Origin: Octopus bimaculoides
Lineage: Eukaryota
Direction: 5' to 3'
NCBI RefSeq assembly: GCF_001194135.2
Contig: NC_068983.1
Span: 162,055,744 to 162,110,461 of the forward strand
Length of the DNA: 54,718 nucleotides
A program made the translations under genes and the position numbers. The first letter of the stretch is position 1. Every line of letters starts with the position of its first letter. Positions 22,902-35,437 of this stretch are shown here, piece by piece. The notes under the pieces are model-generated. The model had not been told where the DNA came from, made no database searches, and was given only the letters and a program-made list of their open reading frames with translations.

Positions 22902-23456
22902 CTCATAGGCATTTTAATTTTTGGAATTTTCAAATATTTCTTTGCGTATGTCAATACAAATATTGAAACATGAACAAACCTTGATAATTATTCATAGTAA
23001 CGCAGTCTCCGCAATTTTAACCTTTTCAAAACAATGTTTGAAATTTCTTAGAAATCGAACTTCACAAAATTCAACGCCAATTTAACATATGTGGTTAAAT
23101 AATAAATTCTAGAAACATTCTTTTCGAAAGTCTAAATTACAACAAAAGGCAGCTTTCTATACAAAGAATAGAGTGACCTGAATGTGTCACACCTATTTAC
23201 GTAGTTACTTCCACGCTAGACTGAATCTTGAATAATAACATTTGTTACAATATCAAGCCAAATAAACACTCCTCGCAATAACTTCCCACCAACCCAAAAC
23301 CCGCAAACATAATTTCCTCCTGTCCTTCTCCACCACCTCTACCTACACAACTCCTACTCTGTTCTACCTACATGCAAAACAATTAATGAAGACCAGCAAA
23401 CCGAAACGTCGAAGTTATGGCCAACCTTTTCCTCGTAAAATATTAACGCGTACATA
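22902..23456 (+). mobile_element. Copy 1 of a 555-bp element (PLE-pLTR-like end); inverted partner at 26969-27526
   Basis: Reverse-complement match over the whole length, innermost about 115 bp identical; ends TTAATGAAGACCAGCAAACCGAAACGTCGAAG..GCGTACA into (TA)n. Confidence 0.8.
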
Positions 23457-23672
23457 TATGTATATGNNNNNNNNNNNNNNATATATATATATACATACAT
23501 ACATACATACATACATACATACATACATACATACATACATACATACATACATACATACATACACACACGCGCATGTATATATGTATGTATGTATGTATGT
23601 ATACACACATATAGGCGGAAGAAACATTATTATTATTATTATTATTATTATTCGATTCCGAGTAGTGACCTG

Positions 23673-23839
<167 letters not shown>

Positions 23840-23845
23840 CAACAA

Positions 23846-24028
23846 CATCGAAAACTACCTTAGGAATGAGAACCCAGGTTCGAAATCTCCTCAATACACC
23901 TGATGAAGGCTGAAGGGTATATCAGCCGAAAGGTTGTGTTAACAACAAACAAGATGAGGACAAATATCCGTCAAATGTAAATAATGTAAATAATGTACAT
24001 AATTCCTCATCTCTTAAATATAGAACTG
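23846..24028 (+). mobile_element. Penelope-like pLTR remnant carrying a hammerhead-like motif
   Basis: Adjoins (AAT)n; contains the motif at 23896-23939 and an AGATGAGGA/TCCTCATCT inverted repeat. Confidence 0.5.
23896..23939 (+). ncRNA. Minimal type I hammerhead ribozyme-like motif (C15.2G substitution)
   Basis: ACAC-CTGATGA-A-GGCTGA-AGGGTATA-TCAGCC-GAAA-GG-TT-GTGT: stem I ACAC/GTGT, 6-bp stem II, intact core. Confidence 0.6.
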
Positions 24029-24049
24029 TACTTTAGAGTTAATTTTTTT

Positions 24050-24720
24050 AATGCAAGTCTGGCGGTTGGTGCTGCTCTGCTAGTTTTTAAATATTCTACT
24101 CAAACGTTGTCAATGATAATTGAAGATCACCTTTTTCTACAAAGTTGATTCGATTACAAGCTTTTGACAGTAAATTCGTGACATGGCTGAAACCAGATTC
24201 AACAAGGTAAGATAAAGGAAAAGCAGTGACGTACAACTGCGCTTCCCCACCAGAATAGTGGATACTTTGTAGCAGTGTCATTTCTTTTCCATACATTATG
24301 TTCTCCATCTTTAAATCTTGCCTGAAATATTTCATCACTCTGCAATTTAATGAGATTCTCTTGTAAACAGATATCTACATCAGCAACATTAACTTCAAAA
24401 AGAAATGTCATCCAACGTGATATATTTAACTTCAGTAGGTCGTTAAACTGAGCTTGCATATCATTACGCAAGTTTTTCAAATGTTCAGTATACAAGGTGA
24501 TTACTGTTAACTGATTCCAAACTAGAAAATTGTAAGAATACACAGCATACAATATCTATTTTCTAGAGCTGTACGTTTCCTGGAAAAGCAGCAATGACTC
24601 CTTTGGAGGATAGGAGATCAGAGTTTTCTCCTTGAAGCTGTTTGTTAATCAAATTAATCTTATCAAATATATCTGATAAATAAAATATATCACATTTAGT
24701 TGCAAGCGTTTGTTGGCTGA
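24050..24720 (-). mobile_element. hAT transposase C-terminal fragment (Buster/Charlie-like, dimerisation domain)
   Basis: CDIFYLSDIFDKINLINKQLQG..EHLKNLRNDMQAQFNDLL..KYPLFW..AFPLSYLVESGFSHVTNLLSKACNRINFVEKGDLQLSLTTFE*NI*KLAEQHQ. Confidence 0.85.
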
Positions 24721-25030
24721 GATTGTTGTTAGCCAGGAATGAGACAATAGTTTATCAAAGTGCAAAAATAAAATAACAACAACAAAATGACACAAACAAT
24801 TACCTTTTGATAACCATGTGAATTACAAAGCGTTCAAACTCTTCATTTTGATTACAGAATTCATGAAAGATGCGGACTTGTAAATAATATTACGGGCGTC
24901 GTGCAGATGTGTGCACTTAATTGTTTTGCAAGTAAGTGTTGCTGGTGTTATCACACTGTATACAAAATGCAGAACTTATTAAATAGGCAACAAGACCTCT
25001 GTATCTGCCAATCATGGATGGAACACTAGT

Positions 25031-25386
25031 GGAGGCGCAATGGCCCAGAGGTTAGGGCAGCGGACTCGCGGTCATAGGATCGCGGTTTCAATTCCCAGAC
25101 CGGGCGTTGTGAGTGTTTATTGAGCGAAAACACCTAGAGCTCCACGAAGCTCCAACAGGGGGGGTGACGAACCCTGCTGTACTCTTTCACCACAACTTTC
25201 TCTCATTCTTTCTTCCTGTTTCTGTTGTGCCTGTATTTCGAAGGGTTAGCGTTGTCACACTGTGTCACGCTGAATCTCCCCCGAGAACTACGTTAAAGGT
25301 ATACGTGTCTGTGGAGTGCTCAGCCACTTTCACGTTAATTTCACGAGCAAGCTGTTCCGTTGATCGGATCAAATGGAACCCTCGAC
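25031..25386 (+). mobile_element. SINE family D, near full length
   Basis: tRNA-like head GGAGGCGCAATGGCCCAGAGGTTAGGGCAGCGGACTCGCGGTC..GGTTTCAATTCCC; tail CTGTTCCGTTGATCGGATCAAATGGAACCCTCGAC. Confidence 0.9.
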
Positions 25387-26163
25387 ATTTTAGGATTTAT
25401 GGGATTTTAAAAAAATTATTAAATTGTTGTTTTTTTTTTTGCAATAAGCGTATAAATTCTAGCGCATAGAACACAAATTCAGAGAAATTTTCTGAAAATA
25501 CCAAAAAATAAAAGCCCCGACTACCTGCTACCTTCATTTCTACTCTCTGTTGGAATTGTTTTTAATCGGTGTTTAAAATGTGGGTAGTCCGTATTTTTGG
25601 CTCAAATCCCACCCTTGGGAGCAACATCATTCCACTAAATGTGTTTACGGGGAGAAAAATATTGAAAAATATTTATACATGCCAGTGACAAAGAAACGAA
25701 GAAGGAATCAGCTGGTCATGAGATGTACTAAAAATAACAGCTAAATCGCCCTTAAATCACACACAATTTTTTCTTATAATCATTTGAATTCTCATGTATA
25801 GAAGACAAATCCACAAAAATTTTCTGAAAATTCCAAAACATAAAAAGAAGTTATACACAATATTATATTTATCAGAGAGGGATTAAAATAGTTGTAAATT
25901 TCTTTTCTTAGAATATATGTTAAAATACCAGTTATAGAAGATATGAAAAATTTCTTACCTTTATCCTTAAAAAAAAACTGATTAACTCGGAGATCAGTCT
26001 TGCGAAAATATGTTGAAATCAATTTGTTGCTAAGAACTGAGATATTTCTTGTGTGAATTCTCTCTCTCTTTTCTATATATATAGTATATAAACACATATA
26101 TACACACATATATATATGTATACGTATACATGTATATATATGTATATATGTATNNNNNNNNNN

Positions 26164-26456
26164 AGGTATTGGTATCCAGAAGACCGAAGATGGCAGGTAA
26201 GGCTATATAAGACCGACGGAAGGACCGTAGTTAAACGTTCGGTTCGACAATAATACGAAGGAGGAGTCTAATGGGGGTCTTGTATGAAAGTGTCTGTGTT
26301 AAATAAGATGAGACAACAAAAGCAAGGCTGTGTGGAATTTATAAGACATTTATAAAGAGAAAGGTAGCCTTACATCTCTTCCTGGGATATTAGGGATATC
26401 CCTTCATCAGAGTTAACTAAAGGGAAATAGTAGAGATCAGTATAAGACAGAAACTG

Positions 26457-26458
<2 letters not shown>
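26164..26458 (-). mobile_element. Penelope-like pLTR remnant inside (TA)n, degenerate hammerhead-like motif (26368-26414)
   Basis: Reverse complement AACT-CTGATGA-A-GGGATA-TCCCTAA-TATCCC-AGGAAGAGATGTAAGG. Confidence 0.4.
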
Positions 26459-26487
<29 letters not shown>

Positions 26488-26493
26488 CGTGTG

Positions 26494-26542
<49 letters not shown>

Positions 26543-26559
26543 TTGTGTGTGTTTGTGTG

Positions 26560-26770
26560 TGTCTGTGTTTGTCCCCACCCCAGCATCGCTTGACATGCGA
26601 TGCTGGTGTGTTTACGCCCACGTAACATAGCGGTTCGGCAATAAGAGACCGATAGAATAAGTACTAGGGCTACAAAGAATAAGTCCTGGGGTCGATTTGC
26701 TCGACTAAAAAGTGGTGCTCCAGCATGGTCGCAGTCAAATGACTAAAACAAGTAAAAGAGTAAAAGAATA
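26560..26770 (+). mobile_element. SINE family A 3' tail
   Basis: Matches 18120-18328. Confidence 0.9.
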
Positions 26771-26968
26771 TATATATTTATGAATACCAGCATGACCGCA
26801 GCCACTTGGCTGAAACACATAAATAAATAAAATACATATGTATGTATATATATATATATATGTATATATACACATATATACATGCACATAAATACATACA
26901 TATACATACACATAAATAAATACATATACATACACATAAATACATACATATACTTATATATATATATA

Positions 26969-27526
26969 TATGTACGCGTTAATATTTTACGAGGAAAAGG
27001 TTGGCCATAACTTCGACGTTTCGGTTTGCTGGTCTTCATTAATTGTTTTGCATGTAGGTAGAACAGAGTAGGAGTTGTGTAGGTAGAAGTGGTGGAGAAG
27101 GACAGGAGGAAATTATGTTTGCGGGTTTTGGGTTGGTGGGAAGTTATTGCGAGGAGAGTTTATTTGGCCTGATATTGTAACAAATGTTATTGTTCAAGAT
27201 TCAGTCTAGCGTGGAAGTAACTACGTAAATAGGTGTGACACATTCAGGTCACTCTATTCTTTGTATAGAAAGCTGCTTTTTGTTGTAATTTAGAGTTTCC
27301 AAAAGAATGTTTCTAGAATTAATTATTCAACCACAATAGGTTAGATTGGCGTTGAATTGGTGCAATTCGATTTCTATTAAGAAATTCTAAACTTTGTTTT
27401 GGAAAGGTTAAAATTGCGGTGACTGCGTTACTAAGAATAATTATCAAGGTTTGTTCATGTTTCAATATTTGTATTGATATACGCAAAGAAATATTTGAAA
27501 ATTCCAAAAATTTAAATGTCTATGAG
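26969..27526 (-). mobile_element. Copy 2 (inverted) of the 22902-23456 element
   Basis: Direct reverse-complement comparison. Confidence 0.8.
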
Positions 27527-28294
27527 CAGTTATATGCTGTGCTTAAAGCGGATTTCGGCAATGGATTTTCATTAATAACTATTTATCTCTTCATACTTTT
27601 TAAAATGTTTCTGATCTTAGATGCCAGATGCCGGATTACGAAGACACATGGATTTTTAAAGAATTTTCAAACTTAATGCCGTGCGTAAATAATTCTTGAT
27701 TAAAATTTTCCTTGCTGTCGGAGAAAGAAGAGAAAAAATATGATAATTATTAAATCTTAAAGAAAATGGGGAATAATTTCAAGAAATTAGGATTTAATCT
27801 TTGGAAATGTATTTACATGTTTTGGTCTCTTTGACTTTATCATCATGACAAAAGAACTCAAGCCTGCTGATCGGATGTCAGATTTTTTAAATATAGAAAA
27901 GAGATACGAATGATTTTGGACGTGTTATTTTGCATAATTACAAATGAAAATAACTTCATTATTTCCATAATTTCTATAATTACATAATATCATTCATTAA
28001 TCAATTTCCCGTTTTTCAAAAGCACCCTCTTAAATCTTTCTTTCCCATACATACACCTCAGTTTCGCACGTTTACCAATACAAAGATTTCATTTTGGTCC
28101 AACTTCGAACCATCGTTTTCCAAATTATATCCGTCTTGATTTTCAATTTACTTTGCCGAAATCGAACATATTTCTAAGACCACGATCGGGAAAAAAAAAC
28201 AAACAAAATAATAACAATTACTGGTTACGCTAATTAAGGAGGGGGGGGGAATAATTTTCATAAATTGTTACAAACATAAGAACAAAGCTGGAAT

Positions 28295-28690
28295 ATAGCG
28301 GGGAGCGGTTAGTCAATTGAATCGATTCCCGTTCTTAACCGGTACTTTATTACCTACAAGTCAAGGGGGATGAAAGGAACAGTCGACCTCGATATGATTT
28401 GAACCCAGGGAATAAATAACTAGAAATACCATAAGGTTTTTTTTTTTTGCCGTGGCTCTACCAATTTTATCGGTAGAATGGCCGTTAAAGAATTTTGTAA
28501 TATTGGTTTAAAATTTGGGCTCAAGGCCAGCAATTTCAGGGAAGCGAGTAAGTCGATTACATCGATCTCGGGTGATCAATTGGTTATTATCTTATCGATT
28601 CCGAATGGATGAAAAGCAAGGCTGACCGCAGCCAAATTCGAACTGGGAATGTAAAGACGGACGAAACGCTGCTTAGCATTTTTTCCGAGA
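28295..28690 (-). mobile_element. Two old SINE family B copies in tandem (28295-28490, 28501-28690)
   Basis: Degenerate GGATGAAAGG..GTCGACCTC..TTTGAAC and AAGGCCAGCAATTTC..GTCGATTACATCGA..GGATGAAAAGCAAGG. Confidence 0.65.
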
Positions 28691-28759
28691 CTTTATAGAG
28701 AATTTCGTAATGTTAAGAATTTATAGCTCAAAATTACTTCACATGTTTAGATGGAAGTC

Positions 28760-29022
28760 TGATTTTGCTGGCAATCATGAAATCCGGGTTCGATCCTGCT
28801 TCGAGTCGATTTATGTCTTGTCAGTGAAAAACGGTAATTCAATAAACCTCTTGTCAACACGATGTGACGCCCTGTTACACCGTCATACACCGTGTTACAC
28901 AGTATTGCGCAGTGTTACAAATTGTTACATTGGTTTCGTTTGAATGGGGGTGGGCACAGTTATATTGACAATGCGGTTCCGTTGATCGAGCACCTCAAAT
29001 AGTCAACGTCGAAACCGGTGGA
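28760..29022 (+). mobile_element. Old family D/E-like SINE
   Basis: Box B-like GGGTTCGATCC; tail GGTTCCGTTGATCG..AACGTCGAAACCGGTGGAG. Confidence 0.4.
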
Positions 29023-29846
29023 GATCCTTTTCGATGTGGATATGGAAGAGAGACAGAGGGAGAGAGAGAGCGCAAGTTAAAGAGAGAGAGAGTTAGAGCG
29101 AGTTAAAGAGAGGGAGAGAACGAGGTAAAGAGAAAGAGAGAGCGAATTAAAGAGAGTGGGGAGAGAGAGCGAGTTAAAAAGAGAGAGAGAGAGTGAGAAA
29201 GAGAGAGAGAGAGAGAGTGAGAGAGAGAGAGAGAGCAATATAAACGAGGTTAGTGGCTCTGTGTAACTGATGTAAATAGTTAAACCTAGAATGGTTATGG
29301 CGATAAAAACATGTTATATCTATTTCCTTATCTCAAAACTATACATCTTAATTCTTCATTCTAGTTGAAAGTTGACTCTTATTCTATGAGTGCCACTCAA
29401 GAACAGAACTCCAACTCTGATAACACTCATACCTTCCCTTAGCGTAAGATAGGGGATCCTTCAACCCATAAATGCGGCCACTCAGACAGTCGGTATGAAC
29501 ACATCGCCTGTCCCGACCCCGCTCCATTTATAGCCACCACAGCAGATAGCATGTTGTAACGGTCGTTTATCATTTATATATACATACATACGTACATGCA
29601 TACACGCATACATACATACATAAACAGACGCACGCATTCAAACACACACACACGCACAAGCATACATACATACATACATACATACATACATACATACACA
29701 CACATACACGCACCCACACATGCATACACAGATAAATAAGAACATTTGTGTAGATATGTATGTATATATTATATAGTTAGATAGATAAATAGATAGACAA
29801 ATAGACGGATAGATAGATAGATAAATTGAGAGAGAGGGAGATAGAT

Positions 29847-29941
<95 letters not shown>

Positions 29942-30751
29942 CAGATAGATAGATAGATAGATAGATAGATAGTTAAGGGGAGCAAGCAAGAAACACGCGT
30001 ATGTGTATATTTGTATATGTGTATAAGTGTGTGTGTGAATCTGTAATGCGTGTGTATGTGCGCATGCGTGTGTAGGTGTGTGGGTGTATGTGTGCGTATT
30101 TTAATCAAACGGAAATACGGTAAATCTGTTCTAAATTAAGCTTGACGAAAGCTAAGCACGTTTTCGTTGTTCGCCATTCTTTGTTAGATTTGATGGGAGA
30201 TAAATTGGCATCAATTGAAGCAGAACGCTCTGAGGAAGCAGCTACAACTGATGTAAAAGTACTGCGAACCTCGGCACCCGCTTGATATTACTGCTATCTT
30301 GTCTTTTGGCCTAGTTTCAAGATAAAATAGCAGAGAGGCATAAATGGCAGGACCTGAAATGTAGAATATACTGCGTTAAAGAACAACGATTAACGGAGAT
30401 TATCCAAGCAAAAATGGCGACATAAACTCTGTCTAGAGTGATCAAAATTAATAGGTGGAGGGGTCACTCCAATAATAATTGACTGAAATTTTAAACTCAC
30501 AAAATACACTGATACTTCGCAGTACGAATTTAATTCGTTCCATGACCAAGCTTGTCTTACGATTTACTCGTTTTACAAATCAGTTTTCCCCATTAAAATG
30601 TAATTAATCCATTCCAGACCCCCAAAAACCACTCAAAAATAATTTTTGGGGGGTTTTAAAGCAGAAAAGATGTCATTCCAAGTAAAATGACAATTATAAA
30701 AAAGAGAATGCAAAAGAAATATGTAAACTGGTTTTTATAACGGAATTACCA

Positions 30752-30867
30752 TAGAGATGGGATGATTTGTGTGCTCGTACTGCGGATTTCCGCTCGTACT
30801 TCAAGACGAAAATTCACACGAGTCTCGGCTCGTACAGCAAATTACTCGTACAATGGGACAGTCGTAC
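30752..30867 (+). mobile_element. Possible left end of a hAT-Ac-like DNA transposon with subterminal repeats
   Basis: TAGAGATGGGA followed by five (C/G)TCGTAC motifs at 30774, 30793, 30829, 30845 and 30861; no right end found. Confidence 0.3.
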
Positions 30868-31585
30868 TGGAAAGGTCTACTGTATTATTCATTCGAATCG
30901 ATATATAGAAAATCTGTGAGATAAGAATATACAAACATTGACTCCAACCACCACACACGCCATCCTTCTCTGTTTGAAATTATTAGAAATGTTGCAAAGA
31001 TTTTTCCCTTTTTTTTTTTGTTATTCAATGTTATAAAATTCCTGGCAAATTCGTAGCGTTTCCTAATCGAGGTTGGGTGAAGGGGATTCCCTGCCCAGTC
31101 GGTATGGAGGATGCTTACAGCCATTAGAATGAGAGGAAATGAGCGTGCTCAGGATGGGAGATGCGGCATTTCTGCCTCTTGTTGGCTACAGAGCAAGAGA
31201 GAGGTTTCAAGCTGGAAGCCAAGACAAGATGACGAGTGATTTGGCCACCTCTGACGATCCACCAACAGTTCAGGGTGTTACGGTTCAGGGTCTAAGCACC
31301 CGATGATCATTGTGTACCATCTGATGATACCGGTTCCTTCTGGCCAAAGCTTCATTCACTTTGGTGAGTGGAAAAGAATCGCCTTCGTTTAGGTGTTACC
31401 AATGAGATGTAATTCCGGGCAACCTCTTCCATTTGGATATTCTTCGATCTGATCAGAATTATTTTGATCTCTCATTGATGAAATCCTTAATTCAGTTATG
31501 TTTGTATGAATGACTGTATGTATATTTAAGTATGGTGTGTGTGCGTGTGTGTAATTTCATGAAACCTAAGGTGTTTTCCTTATGA

Positions 31586-31731
31586 CCAATAACTATTGCT
31601 CTCATAATGATTCTTTTTCCAATATACGTATGATGAAAACCAATCTGTGGGGCGGCGGCACGCTCTCATTGGAACGGTGGCACAGTCCCGGTGACACCAA
31701 TAAACCACTGCAAACTTTACCGTGCACCAAT
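31586..31731. promoter_or_regulatory. Cluster of six CCAAT boxes plus a GC box (candidate NF-Y/Sp element)
   Basis: CCAAT at 31586, 31619, 31640, 31697, 31727; ATTGG at 31668; GGGGCGG near 31649. Confidence 0.3.
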
Positions 31732-31767
31732 GACCTCCGTCACATTTTATTATAAACTATATCAAAC

Positions 31768-31989
31768 AAGTGTGGCTATGTGGTAAGTAGCTTGCTTACT
31801 AACCACATGGTTCCGGGTTCAGTCCCACTGCGTGGCACCTTGTGCAAATAAATGTCTTCTACTATAGCCTCGGACCGACCAAAACCTTGTGAGCGGATTT
31901 GGTAGTCGGAAACTCAAAAGAAGCCTGTCGTATATATATATGTGTGTGTATATATATGTGTGTGTGTATATATATATATATGTGTGTAA

Positions 31990-32021
<32 letters not shown>

Positions 32022-32232
32022 TTTTTGTATGTCTGTGTTTGTCCCCCCCCCCCGCCTCCATCGCTTGACAACCGATGTTGGTGTTTCCCTGTAATTTAAC
32101 GGTTCGGCAAAAGAGAACGATAGATTGAGTATTCGGCTTACAAAGAATAAGTCCTGGGATCGATCTGTTCGACTAAAGGCGGTGCTCCAGCATGACCGAA
32201 GTCAAATGACTGAAACAAATAAAAGAATAAAA
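31768..32232 (+). mobile_element. SINE family A, full length with internal (TA)/(TG) microsatellite
   Basis: Head about 31768-31932, microsatellite to about 32020, tail to AAATAAAAGAATAAAA. Confidence 0.9.
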
Positions 32233-32233
32233 C

Positions 32234-32516
32234 GTTGAGTACTGAGGTCGATGTATTAGACTATCCCCCTCCCCCAAATTTCAGGCCTTGTGACTTTAGC
32301 GGAAAGGATTATTTAAGGCGGTGAGCTGGTAGAATCGTTAGCACGCCGGGCAAAAATGCTTAGCAGCATTTCGTCCTTCCTTACGTTCTGAGTTCAAATT
32401 ATGCCAAGGTCGACTTTGCCTTTCATCTTTTCGGGGTCGATGAAATAAGTACCAGTTACGCACTTGCCCCCTCCCCCCAAATTTCAGGCCTTGTGCTTAT
32501 AGTAGAAAGGATTATT
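32234..32516 (+). mobile_element. SINE family B tail fragment plus a full B copy (32315-32516), tail type 2
   Basis: CCCCCTCCCCCAAATTTCAGGCCTTGTG occurs twice; AAGGCGGTGAGCTGGTAGAATCGTTAG head. Confidence 0.85.
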
Positions 32517-32614
32517 GGAAACATTATTAATGCTCATATTTTTAGTGTGTAGTTTAGTTTTGTTTTGTTTTTACCCTAGATTGATATACTAAACGAGAAC
32601 CAGCATGTGATAGA

Positions 32615-32700
32615 ATAGGCCCCACGTTTCCTCTGCGCGTCGTAAAAAGGCGAGTAAAAGAGGTTGAGGTCGGGTGTGCAGTCCGACCTCGTAAAATCAG
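32615..32700 (+). mobile_element. Structured fragment resembling an RTE 5' UTR
   Basis: CCTCTGCGCGTCGTAAAAAGGCGAGTAAAAG, hairpin GGTCGG-N9-CCGACC and CCTCGTAAAA; resemblance from recall only. Confidence 0.25.
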
Positions 32701-33750
32701 CAACGACTACCGAAAGGGTTAGAGGGTTGTCGCCTGAATAGTGCCAATATGTTATCTACCAGGAGTATTAGGGAATCACCAACAAATGGTGGATGCAGCG
32801 GCGCGCTGTTATGGCGCATGGCCCCATTCTGTTATTACTTGTTCATTGATCAACCAGATCATTGTCTCCCGTCCCGTATGAAGTTGTTATTTTCCACAGA
32901 AGATAATACTTTGTAGAGATTTCTGTAATAGTTACAGAATCGAAAAATAACCTTTATACCGGTACGACACAATTATTATTCCAATGTTAATGCTCCAGCA
33001 TGACCACAGTCTCTGGTTGAAACCAGTTATAGATTAGAATAAAATAAGGTAGTTTATAGACGTAGTTTTCTTTTTTGTTAATTTCGTATTCCAGAATAGG
33101 ACAGCTCAGTCGCTGGAGAACACGTGATGCTGCTACCAGGGGTTTTGTTGTTGTACAACAACAAAAGAAAGTTTTTATCTTTTATAACATGAGATGAAAA
33201 TAACAGAAACAAATTCAATCAACCGATTTGAAATGAAAAGGAAACCACGACCAGCAAAATACAACGTTTTAACGAAGACTTGCTCAGCAAACTGAAAAAT
33301 GGACAGAAGAAAACAGAAAACCAAACCATTTAAAAACATACGACCAGTTGTCTGTGTGCACGTGAGAGTGCATGTGTGTGTGTGCATGTGTGTGAGCGTG
33401 CATGTGTGTGAGTGTGCATGTGTGTGAGCGTGTATGTGTGTGAGCGTAGATGTATGCGTGCATGTGTGTGTGCGTGAGAGTGCACGCACGTAAGTACCTT
33501 CAAACTTTATGCATTTGTTTTGAAATTTTATACGCACGTTCCCTTATCCAGTTTGTATTTAATTGAAGCAATCTGTTCAATTCAAATGTAAATAATTAAT
33601 GTTATCTACGTATAAGCGTCAAGGAACTCAGATAAACCTAACAGTCTTCTTCACTTCTCACATAAATAAACCGATGGATGCTGCAATAAAAAATAATTCT
33701 AACCAATTTCTAGAACATCCTTGAAGTCTCAGAATCTGTAACAGTACAAT

Positions 33751-33961
33751 AAGGCGGCGAGCTGGCAGAAACGTTAGCACGCCGGCGAAATGCTTTGCGG
33801 TATTTCGTCTGTCTTTACGTTCTGAGTTCAAATTCCGCCGAGGTTGGTTTTGCCTTTCATCCTTTCGGAGTCGATAAATTAAGTACCATTTCTATAATTG
33901 GGTCGATCTAATCGACTGGTTCCCTCCCACAAAATTTCGGTCCTTGTGCCTACAGGAGAAA
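33751..33961 (+). mobile_element. SINE family B with 20-bp TSD
   Basis: TSD AGAATCTGTAACAGTACAAT (33731-33750) / AGAATCTATAACAGTAGAAT (33962-33981). Confidence 0.9.
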
Positions 33962-34120
33962 AGAATCTATAACAGTAGAATGTTTTCACAAACGCAATAT
34001 TTCGATCCCTTTTAATACTACAAGGCCGTGGGCCGTCACAGAAACTTTCAGCTTCATGAAGGAACGCACTGAGAGCAATTTAGTCATAGGCACCTGTCTC
34101 CCTCACTGCTCCCAGTCGGC

Positions 34121-34346
34121 ATATTCTTTTACTTGTTTCAGTCATTTGATTGTGGCCATGCNNNNNNNNNNNNNNNNNNNNNNNNNNNNNNNNNNNNNNN
34201 NNNNNNNNNNNNNNNNNNNNNNNNNNNNNNNNNNNNNNNNNNNNNNNNNNNNNNNNNNNNNNNNNNNNNNNNNNNNNNNNNNNNNNNNNNNNNNNNNNNN
34301 NNNNNNNNNNNNNNNNNNNNNNNNNNNNNNNNNNNNNNNNNNNNNN

Positions 34347-34402
<56 letters not shown>

Positions 34403-34862
34403 TATATATATAACATACATATGAGAAGAGATGGCCACTAAGTGGGCACCATTATGCTAGAAGGTCGACCATCTACGGTCAAACTACAAAAGAATAGAAT
34501 GTTCTTTCGTAGTTTGACCGTAGATGGCCGATCTTCTAGCATAATGGATGTTCACTTAGTGGTCATCCCTTCTCATAAGTATGTAATATAATTTTTCTAA
34601 ATTTTCAGAATTTTTCTTTATGCTAGGCCACTGATTTTAAATTGGTGTTAATTAAATTAATATTCAATTTATCACCCTTATTCTTTAAATTTATATATAT
34701 ATATATATATATACGATGGACTTCTTTCAGTTTCCGTCTACCAAATCCACTCACAAGGTTTGGTCGCTCTGAGGGTATAGTAGAAGGCACTTGCCCAAGG
34801 TGCCACACAGTAGAACTGAAACCGGAACTATGTGCTTGGTAAGCAAGCTACTTACCACTCCT
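34121..34862 (-). mobile_element. SINE family A (tail end 34121-34161, head 34711-34862) with gap, microsatellite and nested hairpin
   Basis: Tail TCTTTTACTTGTTTCAGTCATTTGATTGTGGCCATGC and head in the same orientation. Confidence 0.7.
34405..34590. repeat. Near-perfect about 185-nt hairpin (palindromic element)
   Basis: ATGAGAAGAGATGGCCACTAAGTG..CATTATGCTAGAAG..CCATCTACGGTCAAACTACAAAAGAA, 7-nt loop, then the reverse complement; arms extend into TA repeats. Confidence 0.9.
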
Positions 34863-34916
34863 GGAAAGCTTCACGAATTTGCGTGTCATCCTTGCGAATG
34901 TAAACTTACTTTAACT

Positions 34917-35060
34917 TGTATACATACAATAAGATGTATACATACGACAAGATGGATATATAAAGCAAAGTGTATGTTCTTAGCAAGGTTTATACATACA
35001 TCAAAGTGTATGTGTACGGCAAGGTGTATATATACAGCAAGGTTTATACATACAGGAAAG
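34917..35060. repeat. Degenerate 18-bp minisatellite (CAAGGTGTATATATACAG-like), about 8 units
   Basis: 6-aa periodicity in the ORF (ARCIYT, ARFIHT, SKCMCT). Confidence 0.75.
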
Positions 35061-35395
35061 TGGAGCAGTTAAGATTAAAGTAGAGGAGTACAATACTTTA
35101 TTGACTCGGAAGAGAATGACAAAACTTACGTTTTTTAATTGAATATTTCAACATTTTCTCGGCAATTGAATATTAGAGTTTGATATGCATGTTAGAGAGC
35201 AACACGGACGCTTTTATTATGATTAAGACTTCAAATAAAATGATATTGTGAAATACCTGACAAAGGGCAAACAATATTAAACAACTAATGTCACCGATAC
35301 TATTTATATCTTTATTTATGTGCAACATGTTTGTGATAGCTTGAATAAAAGAAAGAGTAAGTGTTCTTTGTTATGTATGCACACACGCACGCACG

Positions 35396-35437
<42 letters not shown>

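Noticed and set aside
25031-25105. tRNA-like sequence
   Set aside because: No complete acceptor stem; it continues into a SINE body repeated at 17172-17468, so it is a SINE head, not a tRNA gene.
31080-31460. GC-richer block, possibly a LINE remnant
   Set aside because: No frame gave a motif I could recognise.
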